Below are positions 18,652 to 27,969 of a stretch of DNA of 64,000 nucleotides, in pieces. The translations under genes and the position numbers were made by a program. Numbering within the stretch: position 1 is the first letter of the stretch; every line of letters begins with the position of its first letter. The notes under the pieces were generated by a model, which saw only the letters and a list, made by a program, of their open reading frames with translations, was not told the origin of the DNA and did no database searches. Source of the DNA: Vicinamibacterales bacterium (GTDB lineage: Bacteria; Acidobacteriota; Vicinamibacteria; Vicinamibacterales; G965250185); NCBI GenBank assembly GCA_965250185.1, contig OZ252293.1, positions 4,601,904-4,665,903 on the forward strand, in the 5' to 3' direction.

Positions 18652-21270
18652 CTACCGCCTACTCACGGTGCGCGCCGCACGGTACAGCGGGTCGGCGGCC
18701 TGAAGCAGCTTACCGCGCAAGCGTGGCGGCAGGTCGGGACGCTCGGCCAGAAACGTATCGACCATCGAGGCCGCGCCTGGCGTCGAATGGCCTCCAAGCG
18801 TTGCATTCAACCAACCGAGTGGAAAGAAAATATCCCCGGTGCGCTGAATCTCCTCGAGCATTTCGAGGCTGGGGCGAATGTGCCGCTCGGACTCGTGCGC
18901 CCGTAGCGGGTGATGCAGGTAGCGGAGACCGGCCAGTACCCAGGGCTCGTGCTCGCGGTTGGCCGGGTCCTTGAGGTTCTGGAAGAACGCCTCGCGCGTG
19001 GCGGCATCAGCCGACAGCGACGGTCGCACGAACTCGAATCGTGCCCGCCGATCGGGGTTGTCGATCCGATCGAGTTGCGCATCGAGGATCGCCTCGGCGT
19101 CGGACACCCCCCTCAGCGCCAGCGCCTCGGCGATGCTCGTCATATCGTTCTCGGAGAGCGTCAGCCCCTCCACCTCGCGTGCACCGCTCCAGATATCGCG
19201 CAACCGGTCGATCGCGTCGGGTGTCCGGGCCACGCTGCGGTATGCGTTGAAGAAGGCGGCCTTCTGACGGGCCTGCGGCGCCGTGCCCATGCGGTCCCAG
19301 AGCAACCGCTCGGCAACGCCCGCTGCGGGTTCTGACACATCGGGCCACAGCCCGGTGACCAGGTGACGATCGGGCGCCAGGTAACCCCACCACGTGCTCC
19401 CGAAGGTATTCAGAAACCGCTGGACGTTGAGCTCGTCCTCATCGGCGATCGCCGCCTGCAGCGCGACCCAGGCAAGCGAGACGGGATCGACGTCACCTTC
19501 CAGCATGCCGTCGAACAGCGACAGCATCGCCACCGCGCGGAGTCGGGCCTCCGGCAGACTGGAGAGCTGCTGGAGTAGAAACGCGCGGCTGCGTTCGTCG
19601 AGCACGAAGTTGCCGTACCCGATGCCGCCGCCGTTGGCGAGCACGTAGTCTGGCCACGGCAGCCCGGTCGCGCCCTCGACGATCACGTCGGCATCTCGCA
19701 CGTGTACGGGCAACCGCCGCACGGTGTCATCGCCGTAGCCGAGGGCAACCTCCATCCGCTGGTTCCAGACACGACCCTGATCGGCGGGATCGGCTTGCGC
19801 CACCGCCAGTTGGCCGATCGCACCGGAGTCGTCGACTGTCAGTCGCGCCGTCACGCTCGGCCGCCCGGACTCGTTCACCCAGATCTGACTCCACTCGGCG
19901 AGATCATCGTCGGTGCGAGCGTCCATCACCGCCACCAGGTCCGGCCAGGTGGCATTGCCGTATCGGTGCGCTCCCAGGTACTCGCGCAACCCGTCGCGGA
20001 ATGCCTCCTCCCCCATCAGCAACTCGAGATGCTTCATGACGACCGGCGCCTTCTGATAGATGATCGCGCCGTACAGCGACCCGGCTTCATTGAGGTTCTC
20101 GAGCGCCTGGCGGATCGGGTTGGCTCCAGCGGTACGATCGATCCCGTACGCCGACGCGTAGTGCGCGTGCAGGAAGCGCAGGTCGTGGTCGACCTCCGGG
20201 AAGGAGGGATTCACGATCTTTGCCGCCATGAAGTTGGCAAACACCTCCTTCATCCACACATCGTTGAACCACTCCATCGTCACGAGGTTGCCGAACCACA
20301 TGTGGGACGTCTCGTGGGCGATCAGACTGGCACGGCCCAGCTGCTGCGCCTGCGTCGCGCTCTCGTCGAGGAACAGGCTGCGCGCCCGGTAGAAGATCGC
20401 GCCGGGGTGCTCCATTCCGCCGTACTGAAACGCTGGCATGGCGACGAAACTGAACTTCTTGAACGGGTACTCGATGCCGGTGTAGTCCTCGAGCCAGCCA
20501 AGCGCCGCCGCGTGCAGATCGAAGATGGCATCGAGGTTGCGGGTCACCTGATCGACGTCCGTCTCCCGGTGGAGCATGCGGAACGTTCGCCCGCCGCGTT
20601 CCGCGTCGACTACCTCGAATCGCCCGGCAGCGAAGGCCAGCAGGTAGGTCGGGATCGGGTCGGATTCGCCGAAGGTGAACGTGGCGCGCTCGCCCGCGAC
20701 CGTGTGGTCCCGCAACTCGCCGTTGGCGATGGCCTGCCAGGCAGCGGGCACCTCGAGCGCGAGCGTCACGCGTGCCTTGAGGTCCGGCTGGTCGAAGAGC
20801 GGCAGCGCCACGCGCGCCCGATCTGGCACGAATAGCGTATACAGGTAGTCATCATTGCGATTCAGCGAGCCGTCGCCGGCGACGAAGTCGACCGTGATCA
20901 CTTGCGCTCCCGCCTCCAGGACACCCGAGGGCACGATCACGTGCTCGTCGCGCACCTCGTAGGCGATCGGGTCGTCGCCGCGCTGGAGGGACAGCACGTG
21001 ATCGGCCGGCTGGACGAAGTCGAAGACGAGTGGCGCGTCAGTCGACGCGAGGTCGAAGCGAGCGGTCGCCGTTCCCGTGATCGACTCGTCCCGCTGGGCG
21101 GGGATCGTCAGCGAGAACTCGTAGCGGAGATTGCTGATCGTCGCCGCGCGATGCTGCGCGAGGGCGAGCGGCACGCCTGGCTGGATCTGCACGTCGGGTC
21201 GGGCGGAATCAGAGCCGCATGCCACCGTCATCACGATCAACGCCAGACGGGCCGAGCGCAGCATCTGCAT
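18652..21270 (-). CDS. M1 family aminopeptidase (lipoprotein)
   Basis: It has HETSHMWFGNLVTMEWFNDVWMKEVFA (HExxH-x18-E) and a GAMEN-like GGMEHPG. The signal MQMLRSARLALIVMTVACG supports the start at 21270. Confidence 0.9.
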   Translation of the reverse strand: MQMLRSARLALIVMTVACGSDSARPDVQIQPGVPLALAQHRAATISNLRYEFSLTIPAQRDESITGTATARFDLASTDAPLVFDFVQPADHVLSLQRGDDPIAYEVRDEHVIVPSGVLEAGAQVITVDFVAGDGSLNRNDDYLYTLFVPDRARVALPLFDQPDLKARVTLALEVPAAWQAIANGELRDHTVAGERATFTFGESDPIPTYLLAFAAGRFEVVDAERGGRTFRMLHRETDVDQVTRNLDAIFDLHAAALGWLEDYTGIEYPFKKFSFVAMPAFQYGGMEHPGAIFYRARSLFLDESATQAQQLGRASLIAHETSHMWFGNLVTMEWFNDVWMKEVFANFMAAKIVNPSFPEVDHDLRFLHAHYASAYGIDRTAGANPIRQALENLNEAGSLYGAIIYQKAPVVMKHLELLMGEEAFRDGLREYLGAHRYGNATWPDLVAVMDARTDDDLAEWSQIWVNESGRPSVTARLTVDDSGAIGQLAVAQADPADQGRVWNQRMEVALGYGDDTVRRLPVHVRDADVIVEGATGLPWPDYVLANGGGIGYGNFVLDERSRAFLLQQLSSLPEARLRAVAMLSLFDGMLEGDVDPVSLAWVALQAAIADEDELNVQRFLNTFGSTWWGYLAPDRHLVTGLWPDVSEPAAGVAERLLWDRMGTAPQARQKAAFFNAYRSVARTPDAIDRLRDIWSGAREVEGLTLSENDMTSIAEALALRGVSDAEAILDAQLDRIDNPDRRARFEFVRPSLSADAATREAFFQNLKDPANREHEPWVLAGLRYLHHPLRAHESERHIRPSLEMLEEIQRTGDIFFPLGWLNATLGGHSTPGAASMVDTFLAERPDLPPRLRGKLLQAADPLYRAARTVSRR

Positions 21271-21308
21271 GGTCACCACTCGGTGCGCCTGCCACTCGCC
21301 CAGTTTGA

Positions 21309-21776
21309 TCATCCGGTACCGCGGCCCAGATGGACGACGATGTCGTATTCGCGTTTCGTCACGGGCTGCACGGAGAGCCGGCTTCCCTTCCGCGTCACCA
21401 CCATGTCGTCGAGGCCCTTCGTGGACTTCAGCGTGGCGAGCGGCACCGTCGCGGGGAACCGCTCGACGAACCCGATATCCACCATGTACCAGATCGGCGA
21501 AGACTTGGTGCTGCCCTCGTGGAAGTACTTGTGCCCTTTCTTCCAGGCGAAGTGGTCCGGGTAGGCCGCGCGGCTGATCTTCGCAAGCCCCGCAACGCCG
21601 GACGGGTCAGCATTCGAGGCGTAGAAGAGCACGCCGTCGCCTTCCTGCATCTGGTCCCGCATGAAGTTGCGCGCCTGGTAGTTCCGCACGCCTTCCCAGC
21701 ACGTCTGCCCGTCGCGCTCGAGATCGCCGATCGCATACGCGCCGGGTTCGCACTTCATCAACCAGAAACGTTTCAC
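21309..21776 (-). CDS. EVE (PUA-like) domain protein
   Basis: It begins KRFWLMKCEP and continues GVRNYQARNFMR and VLFYASN. The GTG start is at 21776 or 21782. The longer ORF would translate the 9-mer repeat array. Confidence 0.8.
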   Translation of the reverse strand: MKRFWLMKCEPGAYAIGDLERDGQTCWEGVRNYQARNFMRDQMQEGDGVLFYASNADPSGVAGLAKISRAAYPDHFAWKKGHKYFHEGSTKSSPIWYMVDIGFVERFPATVPLATLKSTKGLDDMVVTRKGSRLSVQPVTKREYDIVVHLGRGTG

Positions 21777-21786
21777 AGCCACATTC

Positions 21787-21840
21787 CCCCCACTTGCCCC
21801 ACTCGCCCCACTTGCCCTACTCGCCCTACTCGCCCTACTC
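21787..21840. repeat. tandem 9-mer array, GCCCCACTY/GCCCTACTC, 6 units
   Basis: Read directly. It constitutes the entire spacer between the cupin stop (21835) and the EVE start. The unit is the same as at 1671-1724. Confidence 0.85.
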
Positions 21841-22965
21841 CGTCCCGAACTCGGCCGGCAGCGCCACTTCAAGCAACTCGCAGTCGTCCGAGCAGCCCTC
21901 GTACGCCACCTTCAGGTCCGGCGGAATGACAAAGGCGTCGCCGGCGACGAGGGAATGGGACTCATCGCTGTCGGCACGAAGCGACAGGGAACCCTCCTTG
22001 ACGAAGGTGAAGAGGATGTCGGTGTCGTGGCTGGTCATCGGCGCCTGGGTGGCCTTGGAAGGCACCTGGCCCCGAATGGGGCGAGCCACCTGCACGCCGG
22101 CGATTCCGCGCGTCGCCGCTCCGATGCCGGTATCGCGCGACTCGAAGCCGAGGATGCGCCACGGCCTCCACACGGCGTCGGCCACCGTGTGGTGACAGAA
22201 CCGAGTACCCGCGAAGTCCCTCTCGGGCCGGTGGGTCCGGGTCGGCAGCTCCAGCTCGTGGTCGATGGTGGTCACGTGGTCGGCAGGCACGCCGATTTCG
22301 ATGACCTCCAGGCCGTCCGAGGCCTCGAGCACGCGGTGGCGGATCTCCGGCGGCTGGATCACGCAGTCCCCGGCGCCGAGCGTCAAGGGCGGTCCCTGGT
22401 CTTCGTACACCACGCGCACCCAGCCCCGATAGCAGAAGATCAGCTGGAAGCCGACCGTGTGGTAGTGCACCATGTCCGGCACCGGGCCGGCGTCTGGAAT
22501 GCGGATGTGCGAGGCGATGATGCTGCCGCCGAGCCGATCGGGAATCAGATCGCGATAGCGCATGCCGGCGCGCCCGATCACCCACGAGTCGCTGTCCTTG
22601 AGTCGCCTCACGGCGAAGCGGTGCTTCGTCTCCGGTTGCGGTAGCGGAGGATGAGCGTCGACGATCTGGACCACGGTGCCGTTCGGGGCCGTGAGTTCGG
22701 TCCGTCCATCGGCCAATGCGGCCGGCTCGTGGCACAGCAGCCGCAGCGTGCCCGGCGCCTCCTTGGCGCCACGCTCGAGCCGGATTCGGACCCCGTACCC
22801 GGAGACGACCGCAACGGCTGGGTCGTCGGCGGGAAAGATCGTGTCGAGCCGGAAGCCCAGCTTCTCGAGGAAGAAGGGTAGATCCTCGTCGAGATCCGCC
22901 GTCGGCAGCCGGATCTCGGCGCCAACGATCGTGGCCGTTCGGGTCTGAGTCTCGGCCTCAGGCAT
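21835..22965 (-). CDS. cupin-domain (bicupin-like) protein
   Basis: Cupin-like segments include HYHTVGFQLIFCYRGWVRVVYED and GDAFVIPP. The ATG at 22965 is preceded by GGAGAG. Confidence 0.65.
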   Translation of the reverse strand: MPEAETQTRTATIVGAEIRLPTADLDEDLPFFLEKLGFRLDTIFPADDPAVAVVSGYGVRIRLERGAKEAPGTLRLLCHEPAALADGRTELTAPNGTVVQIVDAHPPLPQPETKHRFAVRRLKDSDSWVIGRAGMRYRDLIPDRLGGSIIASHIRIPDAGPVPDMVHYHTVGFQLIFCYRGWVRVVYEDQGPPLTLGAGDCVIQPPEIRHRVLEASDGLEVIEIGVPADHVTTIDHELELPTRTHRPERDFAGTRFCHHTVADAVWRPWRILGFESRDTGIGAATRGIAGVQVARPIRGQVPSKATQAPMTSHDTDILFTFVKEGSLSLRADSDESHSLVAGDAFVIPPDLKVAYEGCSDDCELLEVALPAEFGTE

Positions 22966-23036
22966 GAGGTCTCTCCGCGCTCGCCAGTGCGTAGTCGGTC
23001 CGTAGTCGGTCCGGGCCCGTGCCGTGGTCGCCGACC

Positions 23037-24413
23037 TCAAGCCGTGGGGCGCATCGCGGCCACAATCTTCTGGATCAACACCGTGCTGAACGGCTGTCCA
23101 TCGACCAGCCGACGGTTGTCGTTGCCCTGACGAATGACGACCAGGTCCAGACTGGGGATGACGTAGCTGTGGTTCTGGTTGTGGCCGCGTGACATGAAGG
23201 TGTCGGTCGGGACACCGTCCGTGTCATCGCTGATCCAGAATGTGTAGCCGTAGGGATTCGGAGCACTCCCGTCGTCTCGCACGAATCGACGTGTCGCCAC
23301 GCTCAGCCACGCCTCGGGCACGAGCTGCCGGCCCCCCCAGCGCCCCTGGCTCAGCCAGAGGTAGCCCAACCGGGCGAAGTCTCGGGCTGTGCATCGAAAC
23401 GTGCTGCCGACGATCGAGTTGTAGCCGACGGGGCTCGCACTCTTGTCGGCGCCGTACGCATCGCATCCCTCGCTGCCGCCGCGGCCCCAGCCTGCCTCGT
23501 CGGAGAAGTTCAGCTCCCGATCGTCGGCGTATGGCATGTCCCGGTACTGGTTATCGCGGATGCCGCGTGGCATGCCGATCGGCCCGAGGACGCGGTCGTA
23601 GATGTAGGGCCCGACCTCCTCGCCGGAGACGTTCCGCATCGCCAGGGCCGTCTGCTCCAGCCCGTAGTTGCTGTAGTTGAAGTCGGATCCCGGCTCGAAC
23701 ATCAGGGTGTGATGGTCGGGAATGCCGTCGAAATGCCACCACCCGAAGCAATATTCGTACATCTGGTACGGCCCGGCGTACTCCGGATACCGGTGACGAC
23801 GGCGGGTCGGCACCCATGGCTCGCGCGACTCATGGCCGGAGGTCATGGAGATGGCATGCTTGACCTTGATCCGGGTCTTCCTTGTATCGGTGAGGGGCTG
23901 ATCCCATATCTGTGGAATGAGCGAGTCCTCGCGTGACGTGCCCACCAAGTACGAGTCGAGGGAGACGCGGTCCGTGTACTCGTCGAGAAACACCCCGACG
24001 GCGGTACCGAACACCGACTTGGTCGACGATTTCATGTCGTTGCATGACTGCGCCGTCCAACGTTCGGGCCCGCCCTCGGTCCCGGTCACGTAGCTCTCGT
24101 GGATCAGGTGGCCCTTGTAGATGATGACCAGCGCACCGCCATGGCTCGTCGTGACGGGACTGGTGTCGTGGTAGCCGACAGCGTCACGAAGCCGATCCGC
24201 ATTGACCCCGAGCTGGTCGGGGTCTCCGACACGCCAGCCGCCCTCCGACTCGGGCGGCGGGACGTATCCGTCGCCGGGTGCGGCGGCCTGGTCGGCGACA
24301 ACCTCAGTCGAGAGTGGTACGAGACCCCAGCGTGCCGCACCGAGACCGGCCGCACACACACTCGCCGATTTCAGCCAGCGTCTCCGGCTGATGAGTTCTC
24401 TCTCAATAGCCAT
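23037..24413 (-). CDS. beta-lactamase-related serine hydrolase with Tat signal
   Basis: It has SRRRWLKSASVCAAGLGA and an SxxK motif (SSTKSV). Confidence 0.8.
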   Translation of the reverse strand: MAIERELISRRRWLKSASVCAAGLGAARWGLVPLSTEVVADQAAAPGDGYVPPPESEGGWRVGDPDQLGVNADRLRDAVGYHDTSPVTTSHGGALVIIYKGHLIHESYVTGTEGGPERWTAQSCNDMKSSTKSVFGTAVGVFLDEYTDRVSLDSYLVGTSREDSLIPQIWDQPLTDTRKTRIKVKHAISMTSGHESREPWVPTRRRHRYPEYAGPYQMYEYCFGWWHFDGIPDHHTLMFEPGSDFNYSNYGLEQTALAMRNVSGEEVGPYIYDRVLGPIGMPRGIRDNQYRDMPYADDRELNFSDEAGWGRGGSEGCDAYGADKSASPVGYNSIVGSTFRCTARDFARLGYLWLSQGRWGGRQLVPEAWLSVATRRFVRDDGSAPNPYGYTFWISDDTDGVPTDTFMSRGHNQNHSYVIPSLDLVVIRQGNDNRRLVDGQPFSTVLIQKIVAAMRPTA

Positions 24414-24449
24414 GATGCACTCCCACGAGTCGGAGCGGCAGCTAGTCCA

Positions 24450-24806
24450 CTAGCCGACCACAGACTCGAGAATGCGACTCGTCCAACCGGGCAGCACGCG
24501 GAGCAGCAGAGCTGCCATCACGATCATCGCCGCCAACCCGAGGACAACGCCCGTCGCGCGCCGACCGACGAATCGGCAGCCCACAGTATCGCACCGCCGC
24601 CGTTCGCGTCCGTAGAGCACGAAGGCCACGGCGAGCCCGGCCACCCCGAACGGAAGCGTGAGCCACTCGTACCGCATCATCGACACCATGAGGCCGGAAC
24701 TCGCCAACCCAAGGGCGATCAGGGCGATGGGAATGACGCAGCAGCTGGCGGCGATGGTCGCCGCCACGGCACCGGTCAGGCCGAGGAGACGTGGGCCCAC
24801 GATCAC
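24450..24806 (-). CDS. merT: MerT-like thiophilic-metal transporter
   Basis: The 118-aa protein has about 3 TM segments, a CC pair in TM1 (AASCCVIPIALIALG) and a loop Cys pair (RRRCDTVGC). The GTG start overlaps the upstream stop (GTGA). Confidence 0.75.
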   Translation of the reverse strand: MIVGPRLLGLTGAVAATIAASCCVIPIALIALGLASSGLMVSMMRYEWLTLPFGVAGLAVAFVLYGRERRRCDTVGCRFVGRRATGVVLGLAAMIVMAALLLRVLPGWTSRILESVVG

Positions 24807-25159
24807 TCGATTGGACGCGCGGAGAATCCGGCGTCCTCAACGGCCGCCATGAGGTCGCTCGGGGACGCGAGGTCGGCGTCGTAGCGAACCTGCGCCTGGG
24901 GCGGCTCGTAGGTAACCCGAGCCGAGGCGACACCGTCCACATCCAGCAAGGCTTGGCGCACCGCCAAGGGGCAGGTGCCTCACGTCATCCCCTCGACCTG
25001 AAGCGTCACGCTTGACGCTCGACTCTTGTCGACCACGCCATCCGCATCATCGAGATGATCGAGCGTCCCCGAATGGTCAGGATGCGCGCCACAGGCACCC
25101 ATGGCCAGCGTCCCTATCAGAATCAACGCCGCTCGACCAACGACTGGCGCGCCTGGCAT
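24803..25159 (-). CDS. MerP-like HMA-domain periplasmic protein with in-frame UGA (candidate selenocysteine) at 24980-24982
   Basis: Read-through gives ...SSVTLQVEGMT-U-GTCPLAVRQALLDVDGVASARVTYEPPQAQVRYDADLASPSDLMAAVEDAGFSARPIE. The ATG at 25159 is preceded by AGGAGGA. The signal peptide has a lipobox-like LAMGAC. Confidence 0.6.
24952..24968 (-). promoter_or_regulatory. SECIS-like stem-loop CUUGGCG-GUG-CGCCAAG
   Basis: This 17-nt hairpin starts 11 nt after the UGA and has GU in the apical loop. Confidence 0.45.
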
Positions 25160-25215
25160 GACTGTCCTCCTGTTTCGGTCGGAAACCCGCTCGTGGAGCA
25201 TGAAGACTCGGGAGG

Positions 25216-25221
25216 ATTATA
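25216..25221 (-). promoter_or_regulatory. candidate -10 box (TATAAT) for the HMA-merT operon
   Basis: There is a perfect TATAAT on the minus strand about 57 nt upstream of the ATG at 25159. The -35 element is weak. Confidence 0.3.
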
Positions 25222-25372
25222 GCTCGGCGGGCTGTCGCCACCATGGAACTCTTCGACCACCTGACAGCATGTGGAAGGTAAAATGGTTGACTGGGCGGGC
25301 CCGGTGCGACATCGGAGGCCGATCCGACGTCTTAGAGGCTGGGCGGTTCGTCGCCATGTGAGAGCAGAACAT

Positions 25373-27142
25373 ATGAAGATTCGCGCAACTCGGCTCGTGG
25401 CGCTGGCGCTCGTGGTCGTTGGATCGCAGGGGTTGTCGGGGCAGCTGGGACGGATTGGCATCCAGTTGACGCCAATAACCGAGTCGGACGTGGTCCATGC
25501 TGGTACGACAGCGAGCATCGCGGTCCACGCGTCGCTCGATGCGGGCTTCCACACCAACTCGAACACTCCGCTCGATGAGTTGCTCATTCCGACGACCCTG
25601 ACGCTCGACCTGCCTGACGGCATCTCGGTACAGGCCATTGGGTGGCCCGAGCCGTTCCTGCTCGAGCAAGAGGGCGCCGCGCAACCGCTCGAGGTCTTCG
25701 GCGAAGAATTCACGATCGGGGTCGTCCTGGCGCTGGCACCCGACCTGCCGCCCGGGATGTATGCGGTCCCCGCCACCCTGCGCTACCAGGCGTGCGACGA
25801 GACGATGTGCTACTTCCCGTCCGCGGCGGAGTTTGCGTTCGAGCTCGCCGTCGTACCGGCCGATCAGGCCGTCGCGATCCTGGAACCATCGCTCTTCGAG
25901 GGTCTGACGTTCGAGGAGTTCGAGGCAAGCGCCGCGACGCCGGAGCCGGCCGGTCCGGCCATCGGGTCGGGCGATGCGGACGTGGCCGCCGATGCGCTCG
26001 CGCGCCTGGATCAGTTCACCGTTCTGCGAACGACGGGTGGGTATCTCGGCGCTGACGATTTCCTCCAGTTCATCGACGATGCGGAATCTGGACGCCCGGA
26101 GCGAGGATTGCTCGAGGGCCGCGGACCGCTCGCGATCCTGCTCATCGTGCTTCTGGGCGGGCTCGCCCTCAATCTCACCCCCTGCGTACTCCCGATGATC
26201 CCGATCAATCTCGCGATCATCGGCGCCGGAGCCCGCGCGGGCTCGCGGGCCCGTGGATTCGCTCTCGGAACCGCGTACGGCACGGCCATGGCGCTCGTAT
26301 ACGGCGTGCTGGGTCTGGTCGTCATTCTCACCGCCGGAACATTCGGGACGATCAACGCGTCACCGTGGTTCAACCTCGGAATCGCGGTGCTCTTCGTGGT
26401 GCTCGGCCTGGCCATGTTCGACGTGCTCTTCATCGATTTTTCCAAGCTGCAGTCACAGATCACCATCGGCGGATCGGGAAGCGGATCGTTTCTGGTGGCG
26501 TTCGGGATGGGCGCGGTTGCCGCCCTCCTGGCCGGGGCGTGCGTCGCCCCGGTCGTGATCCAGGTCATCGTCTTCTCGAGCAACCTGTACGCGACGGGGA
26601 CGACGATCGCGCTGCTGCTCCCCTTCTTTCTCGGCCTCGGCATGGCACTGCCCTGGCCGATCGCGGGCGGCGGCCTGACCCTGCTGCCGAAGCCAGGCCC
26701 CTGGATGGTCTGGGTGAAGCACGCGTTCGGCGTGTTCATCCTCGGCACGGCCCTCTATTACGGCTACATCGCGTACGGTCTCTTCAGTCAGCGCTGGGTC
26801 GATGCCGACGAGGTGGCGGGCAGCGTGCAGGAGATGCTCGATGAGGGCTGGTATGCGTCGCTCGAGCAGGGGCTCGCCACCGCCGAGGCAGAGGACAAGC
26901 TGGTACTCGTCGACATCTGGGCGACCTGGTGCAAGAACTGCCTGACGATGGACACCACGACGCTGAAGGATCCCCAGGTCCAGGACGCGCTCGACGACTA
27001 CGTGAAGATCAAGTTCCAGGCAGAGGATCTCAACGTCTCGCCCGCCGAAGAGGTCATGAAGCGGTTCGAGGCAATCGGCCTACCCGCGTACGCGATTCTC
27101 CGAAAGGGCACCTCACCCCTGACCGCCAGCGCGACCCGCTAA
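25373..27142 (+). CDS. dsbD: thiol:disulfide interchange protein DsbD
   Basis: It has an N-terminal DsbD-alpha domain (YQACDETMCYFP), a TM core with CVLPMIP and ACVAPV, and a C-terminal thioredoxin domain (WATWCKNC). Confidence 0.9.
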   Translation: MKIRATRLVALALVVVGSQGLSGQLGRIGIQLTPITESDVVHAGTTASIAVHASLDAGFHTNSNTPLDELLIPTTLTLDLPDGISVQAIGWPEPFLLEQEGAAQPLEVFGEEFTIGVVLALAPDLPPGMYAVPATLRYQACDETMCYFPSAAEFAFELAVVPADQAVAILEPSLFEGLTFEEFEASAATPEPAGPAIGSGDADVAADALARLDQFTVLRTTGGYLGADDFLQFIDDAESGRPERGLLEGRGPLAILLIVLLGGLALNLTPCVLPMIPINLAIIGAGARAGSRARGFALGTAYGTAMALVYGVLGLVVILTAGTFGTINASPWFNLGIAVLFVVLGLAMFDVLFIDFSKLQSQITIGGSGSGSFLVAFGMGAVAALLAGACVAPVVIQVIVFSSNLYATGTTIALLLPFFLGLGMALPWPIAGGGLTLLPKPGPWMVWVKHAFGVFILGTALYYGYIAYGLFSQRWVDADEVAGSVQEMLDEGWYASLEQGLATAEAEDKLVLVDIWATWCKNCLTMDTTTLKDPQVQDALDDYVKIKFQAEDLNVSPAEEVMKRFEAIGLPAYAILRKGTSPLTASATR

Positions 27143-27150
27143 CCGAGCGC

Positions 27151-27216
27151 GTCCGTTCCGTGTCCGTTCCGCGTCCGTTCCGTGTTCGTTCCGTGTCCGT
27201 TCCGTGTCCGTTCCGG
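27151..27216. repeat. tandem 11-mer array, GTCCGTTCCGY, 6 units
   Basis: Read directly. It starts 9 nt after the dsbD stop and contains the heptamer TTCCGTG at an 11-bp period. Confidence 0.85.
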
Positions 27217-27231
27217 GCCATCCCCGTATCC

Positions 27232-27969
27232 CTATGGCCCGGCCACCCCGGCCATCACGAGCTCGGCCTCGGCCGGCCAGTAGCCCTGGGCCGTGTTCAC
27301 CACGAGGTCGCGCCACATCTCCTCGGCGATCTCCTGCTCGCTCCTGAAGTGGTGATCCATCGCGATCGCAAACTTGATGAGGTTGTCCGCCTCCGGGAGC
27401 AGCTCCTCCCGCGTGCGCGTGCCTTTGAAGAATCGTACGGAGTCGTAGTAGGTGAAGTTCTCGATGAGCTGGAGATCTTCGGGGACGGCGTCCACGACCG
27501 CCTGAGCCGCTGCGTCTTGACCGAGCTTTCGGTATCCCAGATACCGCCAGTAGGCCGTGGATACCAGCCGATCCGCCGACTGCCCCATCGGCTCGTTCAG
27601 CGCCCGTTCCATGGCGGTGACGACGGTCTCGTAGTCACCCACCGCCATGCTGGTCTGCCCCAGGTAGTAGTGAATATTAGAGGTGTAGGTGGTGATGGGC
27701 TGCTCGATCGAATTCAGAATACCGTCCGGTTCGAACGTGTCCGGCTGCCCGGCGATCAGGTCGGCCGCACGCCTGTAGTCGGCGATGGCGTTTTCGAAAT
27801 CGCGGCTCCGCGCGAGATGGCGACCCCGGTACCTGAACAACTTGTAGCTGTCGGGGAACTTCTCCAGACCGCGCGTGAACACCTCGACGGCTTCGGGAAA
27901 CCGCGCAAGGTAGCCGAGCCGCCGGCCCAACCAGATATAGGAGTCCTCGCGATCCGGCGCGACCTCCAT
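27232..27969 (-). CDS. TPR-like protein (probably the 3' part of a lipoprotein gene)
   Basis: It contains IWLGRRLGYLARFPEAVEVFTRGLEKFPDSYKLFRYRGRH helical repeats. Confidence 0.7.
   Translation of the reverse strand: MEVAPDREDSYIWLGRRLGYLARFPEAVEVFTRGLEKFPDSYKLFRYRGRHLARSRDFENAIADYRRAADLIAGQPDTFEPDGILNSIEQPITTYTSNIHYYLGQTSMAVGDYETVVTAMERALNEPMGQSADRLVSTAYWRYLGYRKLGQDAAAQAVVDAVPEDLQLIENFTYYDSVRFFKGTRTREELLPEADNLIKFAIAMDHHFRSEQEIAEEMWRDLVVNTAQGYWPAEAELVMAGVAGP

Noticed and set aside
24450-25201. Classical mercury-resistance (mer) operon
   Set aside because: Only MerP-like and MerT-like genes are present. There is no merA, merR or merB in the window, so the metal specificity is unknown.
27151-27216. 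CRISPR array
   Set aside because: The repeat units are 5-13 bp and directly abutting, with no spacers. No cas genes are present. The same applies to all other arrays in the window.
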